A DNA stretch of 35,024 nucleotides, from positions 1 through 35,024 of the forward strand of contig JAQWCA010000001.1 of the NCBI GenBank assembly GCA_028706065.1, written 5' to 3'. The notes under the pieces were generated by a model. That model saw only the letters and a list, made by a program, of their open reading frames with translations. It did no database searches and was not told where the DNA came from. The stretch is from Tepidanaerobacteraceae bacterium (GTDB lineage: Bacteria; Bacillota; Thermosediminibacteria; Thermosediminibacterales; Tepidanaerobacteraceae). Positions 1 to 8,690 of the stretch are shown here, one piece after another. A program made the position numbers and the translations under genes. Each line of letters opens with the position of its first letter. Position 1 is the stretch's first letter.

Positions 1-143
1 CTTTCGCAAAGCAAACCGCTCGCGATTTACGAGCGGGAGCTAATGCTTATGCTGATGAGGTTTTAGAAGATGCACAAAAACACCTTGAAAGCTTGTTGGA
101 GACACTTAAAGAAAGTAGAGAAGAACTTAACCAAGCAAGGTAA
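1..143 (+). CDS. 3' end of an unidentified CDS that enters from upstream. The frame starting at nt 3 reads ...FAKQTARDLRAGANAYADEVLEDAQKHLESLLETLKESREELNQAR*, which looks alpha-helical or coiled-coil.
   Basis: Open frame from the window edge to TAA at 141-143. Not in the ORF track because it has no start in the window. No family recognised. Confidence 0.45.
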   Translation, partial: FAKQTARDLRAGANAYADEVLEDAQKHLESLLETLKESREELNQAR

Positions 144-1403
144 TTATTTTTTTATCACTTTAAAACTAATAATATTTAAATTTTTTATTAGATGAATCAC
201 GATCGATATGAAAAATACCAGAATAAACAACAACAAAAATACTTTCGTAGATACTTTCAATATATATAACCAACTCTGAGCTGTAGATTGAGGAGACATA
301 GCGAAAGCTGGTATTATCAGTGATTCAAAACTGTTAATAGGTATTATCATCAATACATATGTTGCAAATCCTGCAAGAAATGCATGTAACAGTCTTGCAA
401 AAATATAAGGGGCGATTTTTATTTTTGTATCACTCACCATACTAATGACTTGGAAGTGAACGGAAAAACCACTCCAAGCAATTATACTACTTACAACAAT
501 TACCCGTTGAATTAAAGGGGCATTTGCGGTGCTTGCTAATTGAGATCCCATGGTTATTTCAAACAAACCGCTTATGATAGCAGGGGCTAAACTCCGCTCC
601 AATCCAAAAGCTCCTAAAATGATTTCTATAAATGGGCTAATAATATTTATAAAACCGGTAATGGTAACAATTTTGGTGATTACAGAAAATAATACAATGA
701 ATCCAAGTATTAGGAGCATGGCGTTTATAGAATCCTTTATACAATCTCCCAATAGCTGACCAAATGGCCGATTGTCTTCTTTGCGAGCTCTTAAAAGTTC
801 GCCTGTAGCCCTAAAAATAATGCTTTCCCGCTTTTTCGAAGTTGACGCAGAAGACGTAATTTCCTTATCCCTTGCATAAAAACGCATAATAATCCCCAGA
901 ATTAATGTTGATATATAATGTGCAAGAGCAATTATCGTACCTAATCTTACATCTTTAAACATTCCTACGGCTACTGCTCCAACCATAAATAAGGGATCAG
1001 CAGTGTTTGTAAAGGACACAAGACGTTCTGCTTCCCAGGTGTTACACAAGTTACTTTTTGCTAATTTTCCTGTAAGCATGGCCCCGACTGGATAACCGCT
1101 TGCAAGGCCCATGGCCATAACAAAAGATCCTACTCCGGGTACGTTGAATAAAGGGCGCATAAATGGTTCTAGTAATACGCCCATGAAATGTACCACACCA
1201 AGCCCCATTAAAAGTTGGGAACCGATAAAAAAAGGCAGAAGTGCAGGCATTACTATGGTAAACCATACGTCGAGTCCATTCAAAGCTGATTTAAAAGCTT
1301 CATCAGGAAACCGAACAATAGAAATAGTGATGATTACCGCTAAAGTAGGCAAAAATAGCTGGTAAATTTTAGACATTTTTAAACGGGAATTTTTTATTTT
1401 CAT
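144..1403 (-). CDS. ylbJ: Sporulation integral membrane protein YlbJ (nucleoside-recognition/Gate-domain membrane protein)
   Basis: Polytopic membrane protein of about 420 aa with YlbJ-like blocks (FPDEAFKSALNGLDVWFTIVMPALLPFF, GLASGYPVGA). It sits beside ylbK/ylbL/ylbM homologues as in Bacillus. I prefer the ATG at 1403 (MKIKNS...) because GGGAGG lies 6 nt upstream; the track's TTG at 1418 overlaps that SD. Confidence 0.85.
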   Translation of the reverse strand: MKIKNSRLKMSKIYQLFLPTLAVIITISIVRFPDEAFKSALNGLDVWFTIVMPALLPFFIGSQLLMGLGVVHFMGVLLEPFMRPLFNVPGVGSFVMAMGLASGYPVGAMLTGKLAKSNLCNTWEAERLVSFTNTADPLFMVGAVAVGMFKDVRLGTIIALAHYISTLILGIIMRFYARDKEITSSASTSKKRESIIFRATGELLRARKEDNRPFGQLLGDCIKDSINAMLLILGFIVLFSVITKIVTITGFINIISPFIEIILGAFGLERSLAPAIISGLFEITMGSQLASTANAPLIQRVIVVSSIIAWSGFSVHFQVISMVSDTKIKIAPYIFARLLHAFLAGFATYVLMIIPINSFESLIIPAFAMSPQSTAQSWLYILKVSTKVFLLLFILVFFISIVIHLIKNLNIISFKVIKK

Positions 1404-1495
1404 TCTCGGGCCTCCCAAGTGTAAATTTCTTTATTTTTAATATAATATATATTGCTAAGATGGACTTAATATTCTTAGATAAGGTGTGAGTATTT

Positions 1496-2275
1496 ATGGA
1501 TAAACCTGTAATTGGCCTTGCATTGGGTTCCGGAGCCGCAAAAGGATATGCTCATATAGGAGTTTTGCAAGTTCTAGAAAGAGAAAAGATTCCCATAGAT
1601 ATTATAGTGGGTTCGAGTATAGGAAGTTTGATAGGAGCTTTATATGCATCGGGTATTAATGCCATAATGCTGGAAAAATTAGCTCGTAAAATTCGTCGTA
1701 GGCAGTGGGTAGATTTAACTATTCCGAAGGTAGGGTTAATAGCTGGTGACAAAATAGAGGCAATTATTAGGTTACTAACTAAAAACAATAATTTTGATGA
1801 GCTTAATATTCCTCTAGGGGTGATGGCAACAGATCTTTCAGCAAAACAAAGCGTTCTTATTACTAAAGGCAATGTGGCTGAAGCTGTAAGAGCTAGCATT
1901 GCAATTCCAGGAATTTTTTGTCCTAGAGTTGTTGATGGCAAACCTCTTGTTGATGGTGGGGTATTAGAGAGAGTTCCCGGGAAACAGGTGAAAATGATGG
2001 GAGCAGATTTCGTAATAGGTGTGGAACTTGGATTTAGTAACAATAAACCGGTTAAAAATATTTATGATGTTCTACTTCAGACATTTGACGTAATGGGGAA
2101 AGAAATTCAAATTCTAAAAAAATACGACTGTGATATTGTTATTACTCCCGAGCTTTCAGATATTAATTTATTAGCTTTTAACCAAGTATCAAAATGTATC
2201 TCAGAAGGTCGAAAAGCAGTGGAAAATATGTTACCCAAGATTAGAGAGTGTATAGAAAAGAGGGTGAAAGAATGA
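1496..2275 (+). CDS. Patatin-like phospholipase (YlbK/RssA-like)
   Basis: GxGxxG (GSGAAKG) and GxSxG (GSSIGS) patatin motifs, and a DGG motif (LVDGGV) near the C-terminal half. SD AAGGTG upstream. Confidence 0.85.
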   Translation: MDKPVIGLALGSGAAKGYAHIGVLQVLEREKIPIDIIVGSSIGSLIGALYASGINAIMLEKLARKIRRRQWVDLTIPKVGLIAGDKIEAIIRLLTKNNNFDELNIPLGVMATDLSAKQSVLITKGNVAEAVRASIAIPGIFCPRVVDGKPLVDGGVLERVPGKQVKMMGADFVIGVELGFSNNKPVKNIYDVLLQTFDVMGKEIQILKKYDCDIVITPELSDINLLAFNQVSKCISEGRKAVENMLPKIRECIEKRVKE

Positions 2276-3279
2276 TAAAAGGACTCAGGAAACGATCTTT
2301 GCAAATAATTATAATAACAGTGGTTTTATTATTTGGTCTGAATTATTATTTAGGTCAAACTTATACCATAATTGCTCCAGGGATAACAGTTGATCTCAAA
2401 GATATTATTACAGTTGAAGAAGGTTTAAAGCATGAAGGCGGTTCTTTTTTTTTGACAACAGTGTCAAGTCGATCTCTGAACCTCCCTTTGATGATATATG
2501 CTGTAATAGATCCTTATATTAATATTGAAAAAAGGGAGCAAATGCTGCCTCCTGGTTGGGATATGAAACAGTATATGGATTATATGAAGAAATGGATGGA
2601 GGAGAGTCAGAAAATAGCCGAGGTTGTAGCTTTAAAAAAAGCTGGATATGACCCTGCGATATTGGGAGATGGTGCACAAGTGGTAGAGATTATGCAGGAA
2701 AGCCCAGCCAAAGAAAAACTTTTTCCAGGTGATATAATAAAAAAGGTGGACAAAGGAAAAGTTAATCTTGCTGAGGAGGTAGTGAAAAAGGTTTCAAATC
2801 GTCATATTGGTGAAATGGTAGAACTTGAGGTCCAAAGAAAAAACGAAATAATTAACATCTCTATTCCGACGATGGAAAGCAAGACTGAAAAAGGCAAGTC
2901 CGTTATAGGTATATTTATAACCACACTAAACTGGAAACCGATTATTCCTTTAAAAATAGATATTGATACCGGTGAAATAGGTGGTCCCTCAGCGGGGAGT
3001 ATGTTTGTCATAGAAATTTTGAATCAGCTTACCACTGAAGATTTAACAAGAGGTAAAAAAATAGCTGGAACCGGAACAATAAGCCTTGATGAGCAAATAG
3101 GGGAAATAGGAGGGATTAAGCAAAAAGTTATAGCAGCTTATAGAGATGGAGCCGAAATATTTTTTGCTCCCGAAAAAAATGCCAAAGATGCAATAAAAGC
3201 AGCTGAGGGTTTGGATATAAAAGTAGTTTCGGTGACAAAACTTGATGATATGTTAAATTACTTAAGAGAGTTGAAGTAG
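2272..3279 (+). CDS. YlbL/SepM-type membrane-anchored PDZ plus Lon-like (S16) serine protease
   Basis: N-terminal TM helix, PDZ-like segment (PGDIIKKVDKGKV), Lon catalytic Ser context (GPSAGSMF) and Lys context (GGIKQKV). Start taken at ATG 2272 (SD GAGGGTGA), which overlaps the upstream stop as ATGA; the track start at 2248 is probably an extension. Confidence 0.85.
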   Translation: MIKGLRKRSLQIIIITVVLLFGLNYYLGQTYTIIAPGITVDLKDIITVEEGLKHEGGSFFLTTVSSRSLNLPLMIYAVIDPYINIEKREQMLPPGWDMKQYMDYMKKWMEESQKIAEVVALKKAGYDPAILGDGAQVVEIMQESPAKEKLFPGDIIKKVDKGKVNLAEEVVKKVSNRHIGEMVELEVQRKNEIINISIPTMESKTEKGKSVIGIFITTLNWKPIIPLKIDIDTGEIGGPSAGSMFVIEILNQLTTEDLTRGKKIAGTGTISLDEQIGEIGGIKQKVIAAYRDGAEIFFAPEKNAKDAIKAAEGLDIKVVSVTKLDDMLNYLRELK

Positions 3280-4514
3280 ATGACCTTTTTTGAAAAGTCC
3301 GAAGATCCGTTTCTAAGGGTTGAATCTTTATAAGCTAAAGAGTAAATATCCGATGAAAGAAGGTCTTTATCAAACAATAGCTTTGCATGTTGTTCTAAGT
3401 TCTTAAATTCCGAAGCTCTGGTGATTATAGGAATTGATGTAATCTTTTTTATGTTTTTCAGAATGAAAGACCCTGTTTGTGTGAATCCTAAAACTCTGAT
3501 ATAAGGAGGAGTCCTACTACTTACCATTTTTCTTGGAATGTTGAGCATTACATGTATTAATATTCTTTGGATTCTGGTTTCAGGATATCTTTTTGATTTT
3601 ATTTGCGAAATCAGATGTTTAAGATTTCCACAAGCTTTTGCAGCTTTTTTAATCCTGTTTTCAAGGCCTTCTCCTACATCAAAAAAAGTAGTAAGCTCCT
3701 CAGGTGACATACGCCTAAGGATATACAAAAGAATAGATTCGAAGTCCTGTAAAAAAACGGGAGAACGACCATTCTTTATTTCTCTTTGTATGATTTGGAG
3801 TGTTGAAGCTGGCAAGCTTTTTATAACCTCATTGTTAAAATTCGGCCCATAAATAAGAGCTTGCCTTATACCCGATGCACTGGCATACTGACCTGTCATA
3901 TCTTTATCATGGTAACCCGAGCCTTTTCTAAGGATTGGGAAGATAGAGAATCCTGCACCCGTTTTAATTATGGCCTTAACATACTCCACCGCTAGAATCA
4001 AATTTGGCTTTTTTAATAATCTTGATATAGACTGCACATTTAGTTCTTCATTTTGTTCAATTATATATTTTATGACTGCTTTTTCGCGGGCTGCCGGAAA
4101 GGACATGCCTTTTTTCAAATATTCACCTATGAAAATTTTTAATGCATCCGGTTCTTTGGCTAATAATTTACCAAGATAAAACAATTCTTTTTCATAATAT
4201 TCCTCTATGCCGAAGCTTAAAGTTTTTACAACTTGAGTCTGTGATAACAGTTTCACAGCACATTCTGCAAATATCTCAGCTGTTGCTGTTGAAAAACAGA
4301 CAGGCAGCTCTATAACTAAATCAGCACCTCCGTGGAGGGCCATTTCAGATCGAGCCCATTTATCAAAAATCGCAGGTTCTCCGCGTTGAACGAAGTTTCC
4401 GCTCAGGATAATTATAATGCCATCCGGTTTTAAAACTTTTTTAATTACATCTAGCTGATGTAAATGACCTTTGTGAAAGGGATTATATTCAGCAATAATA
4501 CCAACGACATTCAA
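3258..4514 (-). CDS. tmcAL: tRNA(Met) cytidine acetate ligase TmcAL (YlbM family nucleotidyltransferase)
   Basis: N-terminal VGIIAEYNPFHKGH (HxGH nucleotidyltransferase motif) typical of YlbM/TmcAL. The hydrophobic 29-aa extension in the track ORF looks spurious. TTG at 4514 lies 6 nt after GGAGGTG. Confidence 0.8.
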   Translation of the reverse strand: MNVVGIIAEYNPFHKGHLHQLDVIKKVLKPDGIIIILSGNFVQRGEPAIFDKWARSEMALHGGADLVIELPVCFSTATAEIFAECAVKLLSQTQVVKTLSFGIEEYYEKELFYLGKLLAKEPDALKIFIGEYLKKGMSFPAAREKAVIKYIIEQNEELNVQSISRLLKKPNLILAVEYVKAIIKTGAGFSIFPILRKGSGYHDKDMTGQYASASGIRQALIYGPNFNNEVIKSLPASTLQIIQREIKNGRSPVFLQDFESILLYILRRMSPEELTTFFDVGEGLENRIKKAAKACGNLKHLISQIKSKRYPETRIQRILIHVMLNIPRKMVSSRTPPYIRVLGFTQTGSFILKNIKKITSIPIITRASEFKNLEQHAKLLFDKDLLSSDIYSLAYKDSTLRNGSSDFSKKVIYFNSLK

Positions 4515-4708
4515 AGTTTTCACCTCCAAAAGGCTTTTAACTATTATATAACAAATATAAAATAATATTAAGAAGGAAATTATAATTTTAGTATAGAACA
4601 TTTAATTTAGTAATGATGTAACACAATAATCCAAAAAACTATCAAATGCACTATTTATTGTCGACTGGCTGCAATGTTTTAATTTTGATCTTCTTATTAT
4701 ACATATTG

Positions 4709-4717
4709 TGGTATAAT
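4709..4717 (+). promoter_or_regulatory. Candidate extended -10 element (TGgTATAAT) upstream of pta
   Basis: TG at 4709-4710 and TATAAT at 4712-4717. No good -35 at 17 nt (TTGATC lies 21 nt upstream). Consensus match only. Confidence 0.3.
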
Positions 4718-4846
4718 TGATGAGGTTTAAGATATAGACTAAATAAAAAAACATGTGTTTAAAATTGTATTTTTAGGGTTATCCATTTTTATGAAAGCTG
4801 TTTTGTTAAAATAATTATCTTTAAAACAAAAGGAAGGAGTATTAAG

Positions 4847-5836
4847 ATGAGTTTAATTAAAGAAATAAGGAACCGTGCTAAAGCGTCTCCTAAAACTATT
4901 GCACTGCCAGAAGGAAATGATGAAAGGGTCTTAAAAGCGGCAGAGATTGTTAAAAAAGAAAAATTAGCGAAGGTTGTCCTTCTGGGTAATCAGGAAAAAC
5001 TTAAGGGCATGGTAAAAGATTTAGATCTTTCTGGAGTGGAATTTATTGATCTAGAGGTATCGCCAAAAGTAGAAGAATATGCAACACTATTGTATGAACT
5101 TCGAAAACACAAGGGTATGACTATGGAAAAGGCTATAGAATTGACAAAAGACCCGATATGGTATGGCACTTTAATGGTTAAAAATAAAGATGTTGATGGA
5201 ATGGTGGCTGGCGCTGCTACGGCAACTGGGGATGTGTTTAGACCGGCGTTTCAAATAGTAAAAACAGCACCCGGGATAGGTGTAGTATCCAGTGCTTTTA
5301 TGATGATTGTACCCAACTGCGAATTTGGTTCAAAGGGGAATATACTTTTTGCTGATTGTGCTATCAATCCTAATCCAGATGCTAAACAACTGGCTGAGAT
5401 CGCTATATCTACTGCGAAAACCTGGCAGGCTTTAATGGACGATGAGCCCAAGATAGCAATGCTGTCTTTTTCTACAAAGGGTAGTGCCAAGAATGAAATT
5501 GTGGATAAAGTTGTTGAAGCTACCAATATTTTAAAACAACAAGCCACAGACATCCTAGCGGATGGCGAATTACAGGCAGATGCTGCTTTAGTTCCAACCG
5601 TTGGTAAGGCGAAAGCCCCAGATAGCTTAATTGCCGGACAAGCCAATATACTGATATTTCCTGACCTCAATGCAGGAAACATTGGTTACAAACTTGTTCA
5701 AAGGTTGGCAAATGCTGAGGCTATCGGTCCTATCAGCCAAGGTTTAGCTGCACCTATTAATGATCTTTCAAGAGGATGTAGCGTAGAGGACATTGTGAAT
5801 GTCGTTGCAATTACAGCATTGCAGGCAAATCTATAA
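4847..5836 (+). CDS. pta: Phosphate acetyltransferase
   Basis: 329-aa short-form Pta (IALPEGNDERVLKAA, SFSTKGS, LIFPDLNAGNIGYK). SD GGAAGGAG upstream. Followed by ackA. Confidence 0.95.
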   Translation: MSLIKEIRNRAKASPKTIALPEGNDERVLKAAEIVKKEKLAKVVLLGNQEKLKGMVKDLDLSGVEFIDLEVSPKVEEYATLLYELRKHKGMTMEKAIELTKDPIWYGTLMVKNKDVDGMVAGAATATGDVFRPAFQIVKTAPGIGVVSSAFMMIVPNCEFGSKGNILFADCAINPNPDAKQLAEIAISTAKTWQALMDDEPKIAMLSFSTKGSAKNEIVDKVVEATNILKQQATDILADGELQADAALVPTVGKAKAPDSLIAGQANILIFPDLNAGNIGYKLVQRLANAEAIGPISQGLAAPINDLSRGCSVEDIVNVVAITALQANL

Positions 5837-5856
5837 TAATTTAGGAGGTTTTCTGA

Positions 5857-7056
5857 TTGAAGGTTCTTGTTATTAATTGTGGCAGTTCATCTCTAAAATA
5901 TCAGCTTTTTAATATGGAAGACAATTCAGTTCTAGCCAAGGGTTTAGTTGAAAGAATAGGTCTTGAGGTTGGAATGTTAAAACATCAGCCTATAAACAAT
6001 AATAAGGTTGAGGTCTCAGAAAAGATACCAAATCATAGAGTAGCTGTTAAGATGATGCTAGATGCCCTTTTAGATAAAAATCATGGTGTGGTTAAAAATA
6101 TCTCAGAGATATCTGCGGTAGGCCATAGGGTGGTCCACGGAGCAGAAAAGTTTTCCGATTCTGTAAAGATTACTGATGAAGTAATGGATGTGTTAAAAGA
6201 ATGTGTTGCTATAGCACCTTTACACAATCCGCCAAACATTATAGGTATTGAAGCTGCTCGGGATATGTTGCCTGATGTTCCTATGGTAGGAGTATTTGAT
6301 ACCGCGTTTCATCAGACAATGCCCAACTATGCATATATGTATGGAGTGCCATATGAACTATATGAGAAATATTCTGTTAGGAGATATGGCTTTCATGGTA
6401 CTTCTCATCGTTTTGTGTCGGCTGAAGCTGCAAAAATGCTTGAAAAATCTATTGAAGAGTTAAATATAATTACATTACATCTCGGTAATGGTTCCAGTAT
6501 AACTGCTGTAAAAAATGGTAAATCCGTTGAAAACAGTATGGGTTTTACACCATTGGAAGGGATTATCATGGGAACACGCTGTGGCAATATTGATCCTGCT
6601 ATAGTGCCATTTATTATGGAACAAGAGGGAATATCTCCTGATCAAATGAACAATTACCTAAACAAAAAATGTGGTGTTTATGGGATTTCGGGAGTGAGCA
6701 GTGACTTTAGAGATCTTGAAGATGCAGCAAAGAATGGAAATACTCGTGCCGAATTGGCTTTAAAGATGTTTTCCTATCAAGCCAAAAAGTTTATCGGTTC
6801 TTATGTTGCTGCCATGAATGGCCTTGATGCTATAGTATTTACCGGTGGTATTGGAGAAAATTCTATTACAATGAGACAGATGATCTGTGAAGACATGGAC
6901 TATTTTGGTATAAAAATTGATGAACAAAAAAACCATGTTCGTGGGAAAAAAGCAGATATTTCTTTAGAAGATACCAAAACAAAAATACTTGTCATCCCCA
7001 CAAATGAAGAATTAATGATTGCTTTAGATACGGTATCATTGGTGAAAACTGCTTGA
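5857..7056 (+). CDS. ackA: Acetate kinase
   Basis: [19 protein letters not shown]-terminus, [24 protein letters not shown] and TGGIGENS motifs. TTG start lies 8 nt after AGGAGG. Confidence 0.95.
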   Translation: MKVLVINCGSSSLKYQLFNMEDNSVLAKGLVERIGLEVGMLKHQPINNNKVEVSEKIPNHRVAVKMMLDALLDKNHGVVKNISEISAVGHRVVHGAEKFSDSVKITDEVMDVLKECVAIAPLHNPPNIIGIEAARDMLPDVPMVGVFDTAFHQTMPNYAYMYGVPYELYEKYSVRRYGFHGTSHRFVSAEAAKMLEKSIEELNIITLHLGNGSSITAVKNGKSVENSMGFTPLEGIIMGTRCGNIDPAIVPFIMEQEGISPDQMNNYLNKKCGVYGISGVSSDFRDLEDAAKNGNTRAELALKMFSYQAKKFIGSYVAAMNGLDAIVFTGGIGENSITMRQMICEDMDYFGIKIDEQKNHVRGKKADISLEDTKTKILVIPTNEELMIALDTVSLVKTA

Positions 7057-7081
7057 CAGGGTGTTTGTAGAAATATATAAT
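7053..7081 (+). promoter_or_regulatory. Sigma-A-type promoter, perfect consensus TTGACA-17 nt-TATAAT, overlapping the ackA stop codon
   Basis: TTGACA at 7053-7058 (the TGA stop is 7054-7056), a 17-nt spacer, TATAAT at 7076-7081. Positioned to drive yceD-rpmF. Confidence 0.55.
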
Positions 7082-7104
7082 AAATGTGATTTGTTTTGGG
7101 GTGA

Positions 7105-7617
7105 ATGATTGTGAGACTGAATCTGGCCAAAATGAAACAGATTGTTGGAAGTATTTCAGAATTTGAATTCAAAGCTAAAACTTTGGAGTTGCATCTGGAG
7201 AGAGAAGGAATAGATTCCGTGGGCCCAGTAAGAGTAAAAGGCCAAATAGAAAATATTGGTGATAGGATATTTGTAGCCAATGGTCAGATAGAATTGGAAG
7301 CGACGGAATTATGTGCACGATGTCTTGAAGAGACCAAAGTAAGATTAAAGATAAATTTCTCATTCAAATTTAGTGATGCAATTTTGGAATCTGAAGATGA
7401 AGACATAATATTATTCAACGGTAATGTGATAGATCTTTATCCCCAAGTAATAAATGAAATTATTTTAAACTGGCCAAGTCAGATTTTGTGCAAAACCGAT
7501 TGCAGGGGCCTGTGTCCAAACTGCGGTGCAAACATGAATATCACTGTTTGTAGATGCAAAAGTGATAACATAGATCCCCGATTGGCTGCTTTAAAGCAAT
7601 TGATGAAGAGTGAATAG
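7105..7617 (+). CDS. yceD: YceD/DUF177 family protein (large-subunit ribosomal accumulation protein, co-transcribed with L32)
   Basis: C-terminal CxGLCPxCGxNxN...C motif and acidic central region typical of DUF177. Sits immediately upstream of rpmF. GTG at 7111 has better spacing (7 nt) to GGGGTG than ATG at 7105. Confidence 0.85.
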   Translation: MIVRLNLAKMKQIVGSISEFEFKAKTLELHLEREGIDSVGPVRVKGQIENIGDRIFVANGQIELEATELCARCLEETKVRLKINFSFKFSDAILESEDEDIILFNGNVIDLYPQVINEIILNWPSQILCKTDCRGLCPNCGANMNITVCRCKSDNIDPRLAALKQLMKSE

Positions 7618-7634
7618 TTTGAGGAGGTGTTGTA

Positions 7635-7817
7635 ATGGCCAATCCAAAGCATAAAACAACTAAATCTAAAAGAGGCTCCAGAAGAAGTCACTGGAAGTTA
7701 GCATTGCCTACTACTTCTGAATGTCCCAAGTGTCATGAACCAAGATTGCCCCATAGGGCTTGCCCTAGCTGTGGATATTATAAGAACAGAGAAGTTATTA
7801 AAATAAAAGCTGAATAA
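7635..7817 (+). CDS. rpmF: 50S ribosomal protein L32
   Basis: MANPKHKTTKSKRGSRRSH N-terminus and the zinc-ribbon form CPKC...CPSC. SD GAGGAGG upstream. Confidence 0.95.
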   Translation: MANPKHKTTKSKRGSRRSHWKLALPTTSECPKCHEPRLPHRACPSCGYYKNREVIKIKAE

Positions 7818-7916
7818 GCACTGATTAATCTTTCTAGATAAGTGTTAAACAGAGATTTATTAAAATTATCTTATCTAAATCTACAAATAATAAAATAAAT
7901 TTTTTTTGTGATTACT

Positions 7917-7957
7917 AAAAAAATACCCTCGTAAATAAATAATGAGGGTATTTTTTG
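7917..7957 (+). terminator. Rho-independent terminator after rpmF (A-tract/T-tract flanked, potentially bidirectional)
   Basis: Stem TACCCTC (7924-7930) / GAGGGTA (7944-7950), extended by A:T pairs. 13-nt loop, then TTTTTT. Confidence 0.7.
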
Positions 7958-7974
7958 ATTGTTGGTAAAAACTA

Positions 7975-8003
7975 TTGATTTTCCATTTAATATAATATAT
8001 ACT
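7975..8003 (+). promoter_or_regulatory. Candidate sigma-A promoter of the fapR-plsX-fab operon
   Basis: TTGATT at 7975-7980, a 17-nt spacer, TATACT at 7998-8003. Consensus match only. Confidence 0.45.
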
Positions 8004-8004
8004 T

Positions 8005-8021
8005 TTAGTATCTACTCTTAA
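8005..8021 (+). promoter_or_regulatory. Candidate FapR operator (17-bp TTAGTATCTACTCTTAA)
   Basis: Lies immediately downstream of the -10 element. It resembles, from memory, the Bacillus subtilis PfapR operator of the TTAGTAC...TCTTAA type. The AGTA/TACT inverted core is visible. Confidence 0.45.
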
Positions 8022-8037
8022 AAGCAACTATCATGAG

Positions 8038-8631
8038 GTGATGAAATTGTCAAAGAAAGGGTTATCCAAAAAAGAAAGACAGAGGCTTCTTATCAAAACT
8101 ATTACTGATGACCCTTTTTTAAATGATGAAGAACTGTCAGAAAAGTTTAATGTAAGTATACAGACAATACGACTTGACCGAATGGAGTTAAAACTGCCTG
8201 AGTTAAGGGAAAGGATTAAAACAGTAGCTGAAGAAAATTATGCTAAGGTTCGATCAATTGACATAGCGGAGATAGTTGGAGAATTAGTTGATCTTGAACT
8301 AGATAAAAGAGGAATATCGATATTAGAGACAACAAGCAAGATGACTTTTGGTAAGACAAAGGTTATAAGAGGGGAAATTATTTTTGCTCAGGCCAATTCA
8401 TTGGCTATTGCCACTATAGACGCAAAGGTTGCTTTAACGGGTGTTGCTAATATTAAATACAAACTACCTGTTTATGCAGGCCAAAAGCTAGTGGCTAAGG
8501 CTGAAGTAACAAGGGTTAGAGGAAATAAAAAATTTGTTTTTGTAAAGATATATGTAAAACAACAAGAGGTATTCAGAGGTAAGTTTATTCTTGTGTCCCT
8601 TGAAGATGAGGAGAAAAAAACGGATATATAG
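8038..8631 (+). CDS. fapR: Fatty acid and phospholipid biosynthesis transcriptional repressor FapR
   Basis: [49 protein letters not shown] matches the FapR HTH region, and the C-terminal half is a hot-dog fold. Exact start is uncertain: GTG 8038, ATG 8041, or TTG 8047, which has the best SD spacing. Confidence 0.9.
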   Translation: MMKLSKKGLSKKERQRLLIKTITDDPFLNDEELSEKFNVSIQTIRLDRMELKLPELRERIKTVAEENYAKVRSIDIAEIVGELVDLELDKRGISILETTSKMTFGKTKVIRGEIIFAQANSLAIATIDAKVALTGVANIKYKLPVYAGQKLVAKAEVTRVRGNKKFVFVKIYVKQQEVFRGKFILVSLEDEEKKTDI

Positions 8632-8651
8632 ATTTAGACTGAAGGGAGGTA

Positions 8652-8684
8652 GCGGCGGAAAGAAGAAATAGCCAACGCCGCCGC
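8652..8684 (+). other. GC-only RNA hairpin in the fapR-plsX spacer, between a GGGAGG SD and the plsX ATG
   Basis: GCGGCGG (8652-8658) pairs perfectly with CCGCCGC (8678-8684), with a 19-nt loop. No T-tract follows, so it is not a classical terminator. Confidence 0.5.
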
Positions 8685-8690
8685 AGAGCA

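Noticed and set aside
1552-2043. 163-aa ORF on the - strand inside the patatin-like gene
   Set aside because: It is fully antisense to a well-supported CDS, has low-complexity composition rich in Ser, Pro, Thr, Ile and Leu, has no SD, and matches no recognisable family. Typical shadow ORF.
4792-4805. Possible CcpA cre site (TGAAAGCTGTTTTG) upstream of pta
   Set aside because: It lacks the central CG and the 3' half-site symmetry of the cre consensus (roughly TGWAANCGNTNWCA). The match is too weak to report.
5251-5682. 143-aa - strand ORF inside pta
   Set aside because: Shadow ORF opposite a highly conserved gene, with no RBS or motif.
6900-7280. 126-aa - strand ORF spanning the ackA end and the yceD start
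   Set aside because: It crosses a + strand promoter and two supported + strand genes, and its sequence is low-complexity. Rejected as spurious.
7836-7877. 8-bp inverted repeat TAGATAAG / CTTATCTA after rpmF
   Set aside because: It is AT-rich, has a 27-nt loop and has no adjacent T-tract. The real terminator is the stronger hairpin at 7917-7957.
7991-7996. TATAAT hexamer upstream of fapR as the -10 element
   Set aside because: The only -35-like hexamers lie 10 or 23 nt away. TATACT at 7998-8003 has correct 17-nt spacing to TTGATT.
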